Positions 10,571 through 21,087 of a stretch of 64,000 nt of DNA are shown here, in pieces. Below the pieces are notes generated by a model. It was not told where the DNA came from and did not search any database. It worked only from the letters and a program-made list of their open reading frames with translations. The stretch covers positions 69,288 through 133,287 of the forward strand of contig JBEKYR010000013.1 of NCBI GenBank assembly GCA_049510745.1, given 5' to 3'. The position numbers and the translations under genes were made by a program. This stretch comes from Verrucomicrobiota bacterium. GTDB lineage: Bacteria > Verrucomicrobiota > Verrucomicrobiia > Limisphaerales > Palsa-1400. Position 1 is the first letter of the stretch. Every line of letters starts with the position of its first letter.

Positions 10571-10768
10571 CTATTCGTTAAGCCCCCAATGCGGGTATGC
10601 CGCCCAGTCGGAGTGCTCCGACTCCCGAATAGGCAGAGGAACATGCCGCGGCTCTTGTAGTCTCGCTGGAATCAATTCCAGATAGTCCGGCGCGGGCCTG
10701 TCCGGCTCCGGCTCAACCATTTCATGAGCAATATCATCGAGAAATTTAAGAACTGTTTTTCCTTTCAT
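10571..10768 (-). CDS. 65-aa small protein ending YPHWGLNE
   Basis: ATG start, co-directional between rpiB and glgX; C-terminal motif shared with 36743-36997. Confidence 0.7.
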   Translation of the reverse strand: MKGKTVLKFLDDIAHEMVEPEPDRPAPDYLELIPARLQEPRHVPLPIRESEHSDWAAYPHWGLNE

Positions 10769-10908
10769 AACTGGCGATTTCGCTGTTGTGCCGGAGTCAT
10801 TTCTGACTGGTTTTCGGCGCTTGGCACGGACGTCTTGTCCGCGCAAATCTTCCGCGGATGATCGCCAGTTGAACTGTGTTCTCGTCTGTCATTGGATTCG
10901 CCATTTGG

Positions 10909-11358
10909 TTATTTCGCTTTCTCCAGAGCGGCGACTTTGCCGAGGCGCCGCAGGTGTCTTTCAGCCTGGCTGTACTCCGCCGCTAGAAAGGTCTGAACCA
11001 GGTCCCACGCGACGGCTGGGCCGACAGTCCGGCCGCCCATGCACAGGACGTTCATGTGGTCGTCTTCAACTCCTTGCCGGGCGGAAAAGTGGTCGTGGAT
11101 CAGGGAGGCACGGACGCCTGGAATCTTGTTCGCGCAAACCGAAGCCCCAACGCCACTGCCGCAAATCGCGATACCGCGTGTCACCTGGCCGGACGCCACA
11201 GCGTTCGCGAGCGGAGTCACATAGTCCGGATAATCGTCGTCGGGTTTAAGTTTGTTGGCCCCGAAATCAACCACTTCGTGGCCCGCGCCATGGAGTTGGG
11301 CAACCAACTCTTCTTTCAGAGCAAAGCCTCCGTGGTCGGTGGCAATTCCTACTTTCAT
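10909..11358 (-). CDS. rpiB: Ribose-5-phosphate isomerase B
   Basis: IATDHGG, DYPD, ICGSGVG, HLRRLGKV. Confidence 0.95.
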   Translation of the reverse strand: MKVGIATDHGGFALKEELVAQLHGAGHEVVDFGANKLKPDDDYPDYVTPLANAVASGQVTRGIAICGSGVGASVCANKIPGVRASLIHDHFSARQGVEDDHMNVLCMGGRTVGPAVAWDLVQTFLAAEYSQAERHLRRLGKVAALEKAK

Positions 11359-11361
11359 AAT

Positions 11362-12447
11362 CTAAGCGGCCCGCTTGAGCGCGTCACTCTTGGAGGCAAT
11401 TACCGCGAGCAATTCGTCCCAGGACTTCACGAAGGCTTTGGCCCCTTCAGTCTGGAGTTGAGCGGCCAGTGCTCCTACGTGGACACCGGCCTCGTTGAGT
11501 TGCTCCAGCACACTCTCGCAATCGGCTCCATCGGCGGACATGATCGAGCCGAGTGCGCCGTGATCGGCCAGGGCCAGTAACGTGGCTTCCGGCATGGTGT
11601 TGACCGTGAACGGGGCCGCCAGCGCTTTGATATAGAGCACATCCGAGGCTTGAGGGTCCTTGGTGCCGGTGCTGGCCCAAAGCAGTCGTTGCGGTCGGGC
11701 ACCCGCGTTAAACGCGCGCTGCCAGCGAGGCGAGCCCAACAGCTCCAGGTAAACTTTGTAAGTGCGGTTGGCCATTGCGATCCCGAGCTGGTTGTTTAAT
11801 GCCGCGGGGACTTTGCCGGCCACCGCGCCATCCCAACGGCTGACGAATACTGATGCGACCGAACCGACGTCCGGCTTGAGTCCCGCAGCGATGCGCCGCT
11901 CGACGCCGCGCATGAAGGCGTCTGCCGCCGCGAGATATTGCTCGCGTGAAAACAGGAGCGTTACGTTTATGGGTACGCCGGCGAAGATCGCTTCTTCAAT
12001 TGCGGGCAAGCTTTCTTTTGTCCCAGGAATCTTGATGAAAACGTTGGGCCGTGCTACGCGGGCGCACAATTCCTTGGCGGCGGCCAGTGTGCTGGCGGCG
12101 TCGTAGGCCAGGACCGGTGACACTTCCAGGGAAACCCATCCATCCATTCCGTTGGTCTGGTCGAACGTCGGGCGGAAAAGATCCGCCGCCCGGCTGATGT
12201 CCTCGAGCGCCAGCTCGAAAAACAGCGGTTCACCGGATTTCCCTTGGGCGAGCCGGCCCCGAATCGCCGGATCATAAACCCCGCTGTTCTTGATGGCGTG
12301 GTCGAAAATGGTCGGATTGGAGGTCAGACCGGTGATGGAGAGCTCCTCAATGTAGCGCTTGAGCGTCCCCGTGTTGAGCAAGTCGCGGGTGATGTTGTCG
12401 AGCCAGAGGCTCTGGCCAAGATTGTGGAGTAGTTTGGTCGCTTTCAT
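11362..12447 (-). CDS. tal: Transaldolase
   Basis: GQSLWLD, GLTSNPTIF, VSLEV, IKIPGT, LLWASTGTK. Start at ATG 12447. Confidence 0.95.
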   Translation of the reverse strand: MKATKLLHNLGQSLWLDNITRDLLNTGTLKRYIEELSITGLTSNPTIFDHAIKNSGVYDPAIRGRLAQGKSGEPLFFELALEDISRAADLFRPTFDQTNGMDGWVSLEVSPVLAYDAASTLAAAKELCARVARPNVFIKIPGTKESLPAIEEAIFAGVPINVTLLFSREQYLAAADAFMRGVERRIAAGLKPDVGSVASVFVSRWDGAVAGKVPAALNNQLGIAMANRTYKVYLELLGSPRWQRAFNAGARPQRLLWASTGTKDPQASDVLYIKALAAPFTVNTMPEATLLALADHGALGSIMSADGADCESVLEQLNEAGVHVGALAAQLQTEGAKAFVKSWDELLAVIASKSDALKRAA

Positions 12448-12460
12448 GTTTGTTCGTTTT

Positions 12461-14047
12461 TCAATGCACGGCCTCCTGGCTCTGGATCGCGGCATTTACT
12501 GCGGCCATCCGCCCGGAGGAAGTTGTCAGTTCACGAAGCCGCTCGAAAATTGAGGGCTTGAGCATCTCCTCCGTGGAGCGCCAGCGCCAATTGCCAGCGG
12601 CGATGCCAGGCACGTTCATTCGGCCCTCCACACCCAGATTCAACAAGTCTTGCAGTGGAGCGATTGCGAGGCCCGACTTCGAGGACCACACCGACCGGAT
12701 AAAGTCCCAGGCGATTTCGCCACCCCCGCCGCCAGCCGTTCCCGCATAACTCCTGGCAGCCTGGCGAACATTTTCCGGTAGAAATTCAAACCAGGCCCGA
12801 GTGGTGGTATTGTCGTGCGTTCCCGTGTAGGCGACGGTGTTCGGGACGTAATTGTGGGGGAGATGCGGATTATGTGGACTGCCATCGAAGCCGAACTGGA
12901 ACACTCGGATTCCGGGCAGCTCGAACTCATCGCGAAGCGCAACCACATCGGGAGTGATAATGCCGAGGTCTTCGGCAATGAACGGCAAGTGGCCCAACTC
13001 CGCGCGGACAGCCTCGAAGAAAGCAGCGCCGGGCCCCGGGACCCAATAACCACTTTCAGCGGTTTCAGCCGTCGGGGGAACGTGCCAGGCAGCGCAAAAC
13101 GCTCGGAAGTGGTCGAGCCGAACCAAGTCCACATGGGCCAACAACGACTTCAGGCGGTCGATGCACCAACGATAACCAGAACGGCGAATTGCTTCCCAGT
13201 CATAGACCGGATTGCCCCAGAGCTGCCCTTTGGCACTGAAATAATCCGGGGGCACGCCGGCCACGAACAGCGGCCGGAGATCGGCATCGAGCTGGAACCA
13301 CTCGGGGTTGGCCCAAACATCGCTGGAATCGAGCGACACGAAGAAAGGCAGATCCCCGATAAGGAACACGCCGCGTTCGTGGGCATACTCCTTCAAGCTG
13401 TTCCCCTGGCGGGACAGCAAGAATTGCGCAAAGCGGCTTTCGTTGATCTCGCCGGCCAGGTCGTGACGTGCGTGCGCCATGGCGGAAGGACTGCGCCTAA
13501 GCAAGTCCTCTGGCCAGTCCAGGAGATTAGCGCCTCCCAAGCGTGCCTTTAAGGCACGAAAGAGCGCGTAGTCGTCAAGCCAGTGAGCCTCTTCCGAACA
13601 GAATCGCTCAAAGTCGGCGCTTAGCTCAGGGCGGTCGGAGGAGTTGAAATTGCGCCAGGCCTGGTCGAGCAATCGGTGCTTGAAAACAGTTACCGCGTCG
13701 AACTCAACCGCGCGCTTTGGGAGGCCTCCGCCTATTGCACAATCCCTTGGGCTGAGCAATCCGTCCTCGATTAGAAGGTCTGGGCTGACCAGCAGTGCAT
13801 TGCCCGCAAAAGAGGACAGGCATGAGTAAGGCGAATTGCCATACCCAGTAGGCCCCAATGGCAGCGCCTGCCACCACCCCTGGCCGGCATCGTGGAGCCG
13901 GTCCACCCACGCAAAGGCCGCCGGCCCCACATCACCAATGCCGTAAGGCGACGGCAGCGAGGTCACATGCATCAACACACCGGAGGTACGACAGCCGGGC
14001 CTGAATGGCGGAAGCGCGACTTGATGTTCTGAGAGGAAGCTGTTCAT
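12461..14047 (-). CDS. malQ: 4-alpha-glucanotransferase (GH77)
   Basis: GVLMHVTSLP, GVPPDYFS..GQLWGNP, RLDHFR, YTGTHDN; ATG 14047 overlaps the glgP stop. Confidence 0.95.
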   Translation of the reverse strand: MNSFLSEHQVALPPFRPGCRTSGVLMHVTSLPSPYGIGDVGPAAFAWVDRLHDAGQGWWQALPLGPTGYGNSPYSCLSSFAGNALLVSPDLLIEDGLLSPRDCAIGGGLPKRAVEFDAVTVFKHRLLDQAWRNFNSSDRPELSADFERFCSEEAHWLDDYALFRALKARLGGANLLDWPEDLLRRSPSAMAHARHDLAGEINESRFAQFLLSRQGNSLKEYAHERGVFLIGDLPFFVSLDSSDVWANPEWFQLDADLRPLFVAGVPPDYFSAKGQLWGNPVYDWEAIRRSGYRWCIDRLKSLLAHVDLVRLDHFRAFCAAWHVPPTAETAESGYWVPGPGAAFFEAVRAELGHLPFIAEDLGIITPDVVALRDEFELPGIRVFQFGFDGSPHNPHLPHNYVPNTVAYTGTHDNTTTRAWFEFLPENVRQAARSYAGTAGGGGGEIAWDFIRSVWSSKSGLAIAPLQDLLNLGVEGRMNVPGIAAGNWRWRSTEEMLKPSIFERLRELTTSSGRMAAVNAAIQSQEAVH

Positions 14048-16644
14048 GATATCGGGCACGGTTGCACCTTCCAGATTTCGGTTGCGTACTGGGCGATGGT
14101 GCGGTCGCTGGAGAACTTCCCTGAGGCAGCCACGTTCAGGATCGCCTTGCTGGCCCAGGCCTCGGGCTCGCGGTACAAATCCACGAGCCGCTGATCCGCC
14201 TCGAGGTAGGATTTCAAGTCCGCCAGATGCATGTAGAAGTCACCGTGGGCCAGGAGCGCATCCAGGATGGGGGAGAAAATGCCCTGCTCTTTTGGGCTGA
14301 AATGGTTCGACGAGATCAAATCCAAGGCCAGCCGTGTTTCCGGTTCGTTCTCATAGTGCCAGCGCGGATTGTACCAGCCGCGCGTCTTAGCAACTTGCTC
14401 CGCCGTCAGGCCAAACAGGAAAAAGTTTTCCTCGCCGGCCTCCTGAACCATTTCGATGGTTGCCCCATCGCGTGTCCCAATCGTCAGAGCGCCATTCATC
14501 ATGAATTTCATGTTGCTGGTGCCGCTGGCCTCGTAACCGGCGGTTGAAATTTGATTCGACACATCGCTGGCCGGGACGAGCCGTTCGGCCAAACTCACGC
14601 AGTACTCCGGCAAGAACACCACCTTGAGCCGGCCTCGCACCGCCGGGTCTGCGTCAATGACGGCGGCGAGATTGTTGATGAATTTGATGATGAGCTTGGC
14701 CAGGTGATAGGCGGGCGCCGCCTTGCCGGCGAAGAAGAACGTGCGTGGAGGCAGTTCGAGCTTGGGATTCGCGCTCAGGCGGTTGTAAAGCACGACCACG
14801 CGCAGCGCGTTGAGCAATTGCCGCTTGTATTCGTGGATGCGCTTGATCTGGCAATCGAAGATTGTGTCCGGATCAACGGCCTGCCCGGTGGTTGTCTTCA
14901 GCCAGTCGGCAAATTTCACTTTGACTTGGCGCTTGGCGTTACGGAAGGACGCTTGAAACCCCGAATCGGCGGCCAAGGATTTGAGCCGGCGCAACTCATT
15001 GAGATCGACAATCCAGCGATCTCCGATGGCCTCGGTGATGGCACGCGCGAGCGGCGGGTTGGCCAGCAACAACCAACGCCGGGGTGTGACGCCGTTGGTC
15101 TTGTTGTTGAAGCGTTCAGGATAGATTTCGGCCAAATCTTTTACCGTAACCGTCCGCAGCAAGCCCGAATGAATCGCCGCCACGCCGTTGGTGCTGTGGG
15201 AGCCGACAATGGCAAGATTGGCCATGCGGACTTTCCGAAACGGCCCTTCTTCGATCAGGCTGACGTTTGCCACCCGCATTTCGTCCCCAGGGTAGCGCAA
15301 CCGAACGTCATCCAGGAGCCGGCGGTTGATCTCGAAAATAATCTCCAAATGGCGCGGCAGCATGTCCTGAAACCACTGGACTGGCCATTTCTCGAGCGCT
15401 TCCGGAAGCAGGGTATGGTTGGTGTAAGCCAACACTTTCGTGGTTAACGCCCAAGCCTGGTCCCAGCCGAGATGCGCCTCATCCAGCAGTATCCGCATTA
15501 ACTCCGGCACCGCCATCGAGGGATGGGTGTCATTGAGTTGGATCGCCACCTTCTCCGGTAGTTGGTTCCAGTCATCGTTCGTCTGCCGGAAACGCCGCAC
15601 CAAGTCCCCCAGGGAACAGGCGACCAGAAAATATTCCTGTATAAAACGCAAGCCCTGGCCGAAGCTGGTCGAATCGTCCGGATAAAGCACGCGCGTGAGC
15701 GATTCGGCAGCCAAACTTGCGGCGACAGCGCTGACGAAATCACCGTGGCTGAACGCTCGAAAGTCAAAGGAATCAGGGGTAGTTGCGGCCCAGAGCCGGA
15801 GGGTGTTGATGGTCTTGCCGCCAAAGCCCACCACGGGCCTATCGTACGGCACACCGATTATCTTTGAAGGCCGCCCCGGAATGGGTAGCAAACTTCCGCC
15901 ACGCACCTCAAACGAGCAGTTCAACGGCACTTCGATTCTCTCCAGAGGGCGCGGCACCTCCCATGGGTCCGGATTGCGCAACCAATTATCCGGCTGTTCC
16001 TGTTGCCAGCCGCCCCTGATGGTCTGTTTAAAGATGCCATACTCATAGCGGAGCCCATAGCCCATCGCCGGGAGGGCCATGGTGGCCATGGAATCCAGAA
16101 AGCACGCCGCCAAACGTCCCAGCCCGCCGTTGCCCAGGCCGGCGTCCGGCTCCTGGTCCAGGAGTTCCATTGGGTCGGTCTGCTCCCGCATGGCCGCCTG
16201 CCTAACGATCGGGTCAAGCAGAAGATTGGTAATATTATTGGCGAGTGAACGTCCGATCAGGTACTCCATCGAGAGATAGTAAACGCGCTTGGGGTTTCTC
16301 CGGGTGTAGTGCTGTTCGGTGCGAACCCAGCGTTGCGACAACAGGTCGCGCACGGAGCGCGCCAGCGCCTCGAAGCGTTCGCGAGACCCTGCGGCTTCGA
16401 GTGCAATGACATTGTCAAAAGCAAGATGTCGCTCATAGGAAGCGTTGGCGGAGCCTGCGAATTGAACCGGACCACAGGCGTACTGCTCCAGGAGTTCCGC
16501 CTCCGCCATTCGGTTAACCCCATTGTCAAGCGGGTGGACCTCGCCTGGCGAGCGCGGCGCTTTTGCCTGTGATCGATTAGGTTTGGGCAAGGGTTGATCG
16601 ATCTGATTTCTTGGAGAGATCGGTTTCAGTATTGTGCTATCCAT
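14044..16644 (-). CDS. glgP: Glycogen/alpha-glucan phosphorylase (GT35)
   Basis: GLGNGGLGRLAACFLDS, QLNDTHP, KRIHEYKRQ, EASGTSNMK. Start uncertain. Confidence 0.95.
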   Translation of the reverse strand: MDSTILKPISPRNQIDQPLPKPNRSQAKAPRSPGEVHPLDNGVNRMAEAELLEQYACGPVQFAGSANASYERHLAFDNVIALEAAGSRERFEALARSVRDLLSQRWVRTEQHYTRRNPKRVYYLSMEYLIGRSLANNITNLLLDPIVRQAAMREQTDPMELLDQEPDAGLGNGGLGRLAACFLDSMATMALPAMGYGLRYEYGIFKQTIRGGWQQEQPDNWLRNPDPWEVPRPLERIEVPLNCSFEVRGGSLLPIPGRPSKIIGVPYDRPVVGFGGKTINTLRLWAATTPDSFDFRAFSHGDFVSAVAASLAAESLTRVLYPDDSTSFGQGLRFIQEYFLVACSLGDLVRRFRQTNDDWNQLPEKVAIQLNDTHPSMAVPELMRILLDEAHLGWDQAWALTTKVLAYTNHTLLPEALEKWPVQWFQDMLPRHLEIIFEINRRLLDDVRLRYPGDEMRVANVSLIEEGPFRKVRMANLAIVGSHSTNGVAAIHSGLLRTVTVKDLAEIYPERFNNKTNGVTPRRWLLLANPPLARAITEAIGDRWIVDLNELRRLKSLAADSGFQASFRNAKRQVKVKFADWLKTTTGQAVDPDTIFDCQIKRIHEYKRQLLNALRVVVLYNRLSANPKLELPPRTFFFAGKAAPAYHLAKLIIKFINNLAAVIDADPAVRGRLKVVFLPEYCVSLAERLVPASDVSNQISTAGYEASGTSNMKFMMNGALTIGTRDGATIEMVQEAGEENFFLFGLTAEQVAKTRGWYNPRWHYENEPETRLALDLISSNHFSPKEQGIFSPILDALLAHGDFYMHLADLKSYLEADQRLVDLYREPEAWASKAILNVAASGKFSSDRTIAQYATEIWKVQPCPIS

Positions 16645-16712
16645 ATCGTCCTCTTCAGTTTGTTTTTCGGTGAAAACGCGGGCTTGCGCTATGAGTGTGG
16701 AAGGAATGCTGA

Positions 16713-19148
16713 TCATCGGTTGCCTGGCCAGGTCCACCCATCCATCTCCGGCTTGTCTATGCCGTTCTCATAGGCGTAGGCCTGGCATTCGAGTTGCATG
16801 ACGCGCAGCTTCTCCTTGGCGTGAGCGCCGGAGGCGCGCAGGGCCGGCACCCGATCAATTGCGTCCATCGCGATGGTGAAGCGATCAATCTGGTTTCGGA
16901 TAGCCAGGTCGAGCGGAGTATTGATGTTGCCTTTCTCTTTGTAGCCGCGCACGTGCAAGTTCTTGTGATTCGTGCGCCGATAAGTAAGCCGGTGAATCAA
17001 CCAGGGATAACCGTGGAAGTTGAAGATGATGGGTTTGTCCTCGGTGAACAGTGTATCGAAGTCCCGGTCGGACAGACCGTGCGGATGCTCGCTTGACGGG
17101 GTAAGCCGGAAGAGATCGACCACATTGATAAACCGGATCTTGAGGTTGGGGAAGTGCTCACGCAACAGGATGACGGCCGCGAGCGATTCTTTCGTGGGGA
17201 TATCTCCGGCGGAGGCGATGACCACATCCGGCTCCGTTCCCTCGTCGTTGCTCGCCTGAGGCCAAATGCCAAGCCCTTTGGTGCAGTGAGCAATGGCATG
17301 GTCCATGGTCATGTATTGGAGATGCTTCTGTTTATCCGAAACGATCACGTTGATGTAGTTAGTGCTTTTTAGGCAGTGATCCGCGACGCAAAGGAGTGAG
17401 TTAGCGTCCGGTGGTAGATAGATGCGGCAAATCTCGGGACTCTTATTCACGACCAGATCGAGGAAGCCCGGATCCTGATGGGTGAAGCCGTTGTGGTCCT
17501 GGCGCCAGACCGTCGAGGTGATGAGAAGGTTCAGCGATGAAACCGGCGCCCGCCAGGACAACCCGCGGCAGCTCTCCAGCCATTTGGCGTGCTGATTGAA
17601 CATCGAGTCAATCACATGGACGAAAGACTCGTACGTGGAGAAAAACCCGTGACGTCCCGTGAGCAGATAACCTTCGAGCCAGCCTTCCAGCGTGTGCTCC
17701 GAAAGCAGTTCCATGACCCGACCGTCTGGCGCCAGTTCGCCGCCATCGGCATCTTCGGGCCGGTAATCGGCCAGCCACAGTTTCTTGCTGGCTTCATAAA
17801 TGGCATCCAGCTTGTTGGAAGCGGTTTCGTCGGGTCCGAAGACACGGAAGCTCTGCATGTTGTTGCGCATGATGTCCCGCAGGAAGCGTCCCAGGGGTCG
17901 CGTGTTCTCAGCCGTGGTCTGGCCTGGCGCGTCCACCTTGACCGCATAGTCCCGAAAATCGGGGAGACGGAGGGGCTTGCGGAGCAACCCGCCGTTCGCA
18001 TGGGGATTGGCGCTCATGCGCCGGCAGCCTTCGGGCGCGAGGGCCTTGAGTTCCGGGATTAGCTTCCCGCTTTTATCGAACAGTTCCTCGGGCCGATAAC
18101 TGCGTAGCCAAGCCTCCAACTGCTTCAAATGGGCCGGGTTTTCCCGCACGCCCGCCAACGGCACCTGGTGTGCTCGCCAAAAGCCTTCGACCTTATGGCC
18201 GTCCACTTCTTTGGGGCCTGTCCAGCCCTTGGGGCTGCGCAGAACGATCATGGGCCACCGGGCACGGGTCGCTTTGCCGCTGGCGCGGGCTTCTTGCTGA
18301 ATGCGCCGGATTTCGAGCACACAGTTCTCGAGGGTTGCGGCCATCTTCTGGTGCATGTCTGCCGGGTCGCTGCCCTCCACGAAGTAAGGCGTCCAGCCAT
18401 AGCCCACAAACAAGGATTCCAGTTCATCGTGCGAGATGCGGGAAAGCACGGTGGGATTGTTGATCTTATAGCCGTTGAGTTGCAGGATGGGCAGCACCGC
18501 GCCGTCGCGGATCGGATTCAGAAACTTGTCCGAATGCCAAGCCGCCGCCAGAGGACCCGTTTCGGATTCTCCATCGCCGACGACTACGGCCACGAGCAGG
18601 TCGGGATTATCATAGGACGCGCCGAAGGCATGAGAGACGCTATAGCCCAACTCACCGCCCTCATGCATGGAGCCGGGTGTTTCCGGTGTGCAATGGCTGC
18701 CGATGCCGCCGGGGAAGGAAAATTCCTTGAAGAACTCGCGCATTCCTGCTTCGTCCTCGCCCTTGTTGGGATAAACCTCCGAATAGGTGCCCTCGAGGTA
18801 GCTCGGTGCCAATACGCCTGGCGCCCCGTGCCCCGGGCCGGCCAGGAAGATCGTGTTCAGATCATACTTTTTGATCAGCCGATTGAGGTGGACATAAATA
18901 AAACTCAAACCCGGACTTGTGCCCCAATGCCCGAGCAATCGCTGTTTGATATGGTCAATCGTAAGCGGTTGGCGCAGCAGCGGATTGGCCCGCAAATAAA
19001 TCATCCCGGCGGCCAGGTAATTGCACGCCCGCCAGTAGGCGTCAATCTTGCTGAGTTCCTCTCTGGACATTGCTGGCGCCGGCGCCGGGCGTGCCTCGCC
19101 GCGCCGAGTTCTTTTTCGATCATCGATTACTGTTGCGGTTTCACTCAT
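16713..19148 (-). CDS. xfp: Phosphoketolase
   Basis: [41 protein letters not shown]. Confidence 0.95.
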   Translation of the reverse strand: MSETATVIDDRKRTRRGEARPAPAPAMSREELSKIDAYWRACNYLAAGMIYLRANPLLRQPLTIDHIKQRLLGHWGTSPGLSFIYVHLNRLIKKYDLNTIFLAGPGHGAPGVLAPSYLEGTYSEVYPNKGEDEAGMREFFKEFSFPGGIGSHCTPETPGSMHEGGELGYSVSHAFGASYDNPDLLVAVVVGDGESETGPLAAAWHSDKFLNPIRDGAVLPILQLNGYKINNPTVLSRISHDELESLFVGYGWTPYFVEGSDPADMHQKMAATLENCVLEIRRIQQEARASGKATRARWPMIVLRSPKGWTGPKEVDGHKVEGFWRAHQVPLAGVRENPAHLKQLEAWLRSYRPEELFDKSGKLIPELKALAPEGCRRMSANPHANGGLLRKPLRLPDFRDYAVKVDAPGQTTAENTRPLGRFLRDIMRNNMQSFRVFGPDETASNKLDAIYEASKKLWLADYRPEDADGGELAPDGRVMELLSEHTLEGWLEGYLLTGRHGFFSTYESFVHVIDSMFNQHAKWLESCRGLSWRAPVSSLNLLITSTVWRQDHNGFTHQDPGFLDLVVNKSPEICRIYLPPDANSLLCVADHCLKSTNYINVIVSDKQKHLQYMTMDHAIAHCTKGLGIWPQASNDEGTEPDVVIASAGDIPTKESLAAVILLREHFPNLKIRFINVVDLFRLTPSSEHPHGLSDRDFDTLFTEDKPIIFNFHGYPWLIHRLTYRRTNHKNLHVRGYKEKGNINTPLDLAIRNQIDRFTIAMDAIDRVPALRASGAHAKEKLRVMQLECQAYAYENGIDKPEMDGWTWPGNR

Positions 19149-19163
19149 ATTGATACTTCCTTG

Positions 19164-20402
19164 TTAAACGGTTTCAGTTGTTAGTTCTAATTCTCTGGGT
19201 GGAGACTTCCATCGCGCGTCCGAACGAATCACTTGCCGTGTCTCTCGCAGGATGGTCAAATCCTCCCTGCTTGAAATGACCAGGATCCGCCCGGGGGAGG
19301 TACGACTGGCGATGTCCGCATCGGGCTTGCAGCGCCCATTGGCGGTGGTGTCGAGTTCCAACCCCAGATGGCCGAGGTTTTCGCAGACGAGCTCCCGGAC
19401 CTGCGCGGAATTCTCGCCGACGCCAGCCGTGAAGACCAACCCATCAACCCCACCCAGCGTTGCGGCCATCGCGGCGATAGTTTGCACCAGCCGATGGATA
19501 TAGACTTCCAAGGCCAGGCGAGCGTCAGGACTGTTTGATGCCTCCTTCAGAATTTGGCGCATGTCAGAAGAAATCCCGGAGAGACCAAGCAGGCCGGACT
19601 CGTAGTTCAACGCGTGGTCAAGTTGTTCCACAGTCAGCCCCTTGTGTCGCAAGAGGTAGAGCAGCACGCCCGGGTCCAGGCTGCCGCTGCGAGTGCCCAT
19701 GACGACCCCTTCAAGCGGGGTGAAGCCCATGGACGTATCGACGCAAACGCCGTTGCGGACCGCTGAGACGGAGGCGCCATTGCCCAGATGAGCAATCACA
19801 ATCCGAGCGCTGCTGCGACCCAGCATCGCCGCCGCGCGCCGGGAGCAGTAAGCGTGGCTCAAACCGTGAAAGCCGTAACGATAGATTCCCCACTTAGTTG
19901 TCCAGGTCCGGGGTATGGCGTAGGTCCGCGCCGCGGTCGGCAAAGTGGCGTGAAAGGCCGTGTCGAACACCGCTACCTGCGGTACTGAGGGCAAGACTCT
20001 TCCAATAGCGCATATCCCCTCAAGCCCGGCCATGTTATGCAGCGGCGCCAGATCACAGAGTTCATGAATGGCGTCTTGAACCTCCACGGTGATCCGCACG
20101 GCTGCTGTGAACCGCGTTCCCCCATGCACGATCCTGTGCCCAACCGCCGCAGGTTCGTCATTGCGCAGCAAGGGCGCGAGGGGGCCAGTGCGGAGGTCTG
20201 AAAGGATTCGCGAAAAGGCCTCGCCATGCTCCCGCAGATGCAATTCCTCCCGTATCTCAGGTTGGCCGGGATAGCGGAGCCTGAGCTGCGTTGGCTGGGT
20301 CGCCCAATCAATGCTGCCGTCGGCCAGAAGCAACTCCTGCTCCGCCTCGAACAGGCTGAACTTGAGACTGCTGGATCCGGAGTTGCAAACGCCGATTTTC
20401 AT
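19164..20402 (-). CDS. ackA: Acetate/propionate kinase
   Basis: NSGSSSLK, GHRIVHGG, FDTAFH, YGFHG, HLGNGAS, DTSMGFTPLEG. Confidence 0.95.
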   Translation of the reverse strand: MKIGVCNSGSSSLKFSLFEAEQELLLADGSIDWATQPTQLRLRYPGQPEIREELHLREHGEAFSRILSDLRTGPLAPLLRNDEPAAVGHRIVHGGTRFTAAVRITVEVQDAIHELCDLAPLHNMAGLEGICAIGRVLPSVPQVAVFDTAFHATLPTAARTYAIPRTWTTKWGIYRYGFHGLSHAYCSRRAAAMLGRSSARIVIAHLGNGASVSAVRNGVCVDTSMGFTPLEGVVMGTRSGSLDPGVLLYLLRHKGLTVEQLDHALNYESGLLGLSGISSDMRQILKEASNSPDARLALEVYIHRLVQTIAAMAATLGGVDGLVFTAGVGENSAQVRELVCENLGHLGLELDTTANGRCKPDADIASRTSPGRILVISSREDLTILRETRQVIRSDARWKSPPRELELTTETV

Positions 20403-20499
20403 GGATCATTTTCAGGAAGCGCCGTCATCCCACTTAGCAGTGAAGAGGAAGACGAACCGGCCAAAAACCAAAGCAGTATGAACATCTGTTTCTCCAGGG

Positions 20500-21087
20500 T
20501 CATGAGATGCCTCTTTTGAAGGATGCGAGCCTCTCTAAAGGAAAGAACCACGAACGCTTGCGCTGGCTGGCTTTCGGGGCTCCGCGTTCAGCAAAGTCCA
20601 CCTGGCGGATGTCGTGGAGGATGAAGTCGCAGTGCTCATCAACGGTACTGGCAAGGCGAATCAACTTTTGTACGTCGCGCCGCGGAATTTCCACGCAGAG
20701 TATCGTCCGATCACCCTCGCGGATATGTCCCTTGACTTCGGCCACTTGGTAGTTCCCGGCGCGCAAGACTTCGGCCAATTCTGGTCCTTTGGGGGTGAGG
20801 AGAAACACCAATTGCTTGCCAAAGGCCAGCCGTTGTTCGATGACCATTCCCAGGTAAGTCCCTATCGCGAACCCCAGCCCGTAGGCGATAGCATACACGG
20901 GCTGATTCACGTTCAGCAGGACCTTGGCGACGGCACAAATATAGACAACCGCCTCGAAGAACCCGAGAACTCCGGCGAACGCGCGCCGGCCTTGGATGAC
21001 CGAGACCATGCGGATGGTGTCCAAGGAAACGTCTGTGATCCGGGCCAGGACGATAAGGCAGAACGTTATGAGTACGGTAATGTTCAT
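20500..21087 (-). CDS. DUF5698/DUF2179 (UPF0316-like) membrane protein
   Basis: ARITDVSLDTIR, GFFE, AYGLGFAIGTYLG..IE pattern. Confidence 0.75.
   Translation of the reverse strand: MNITVLITFCLIVLARITDVSLDTIRMVSVIQGRRAFAGVLGFFEAVVYICAVAKVLLNVNQPVYAIAYGLGFAIGTYLGMVIEQRLAFGKQLVFLLTPKGPELAEVLRAGNYQVAEVKGHIREGDRTILCVEIPRRDVQKLIRLASTVDEHCDFILHDIRQVDFAERGAPKASQRKRSWFFPLERLASFKRGIS

Noticed and set aside
10516..10644. glgX extension to 10644
   Set aside because: No GlgX-like sequence there, and it overlaps the HWGLNE ORF in another frame.
10822..10838. TGGCACGG on + strand as a sigma-54 promoter
   Set aside because: The -12 element is mis-spaced, no upstream site, and it faces against the operon.
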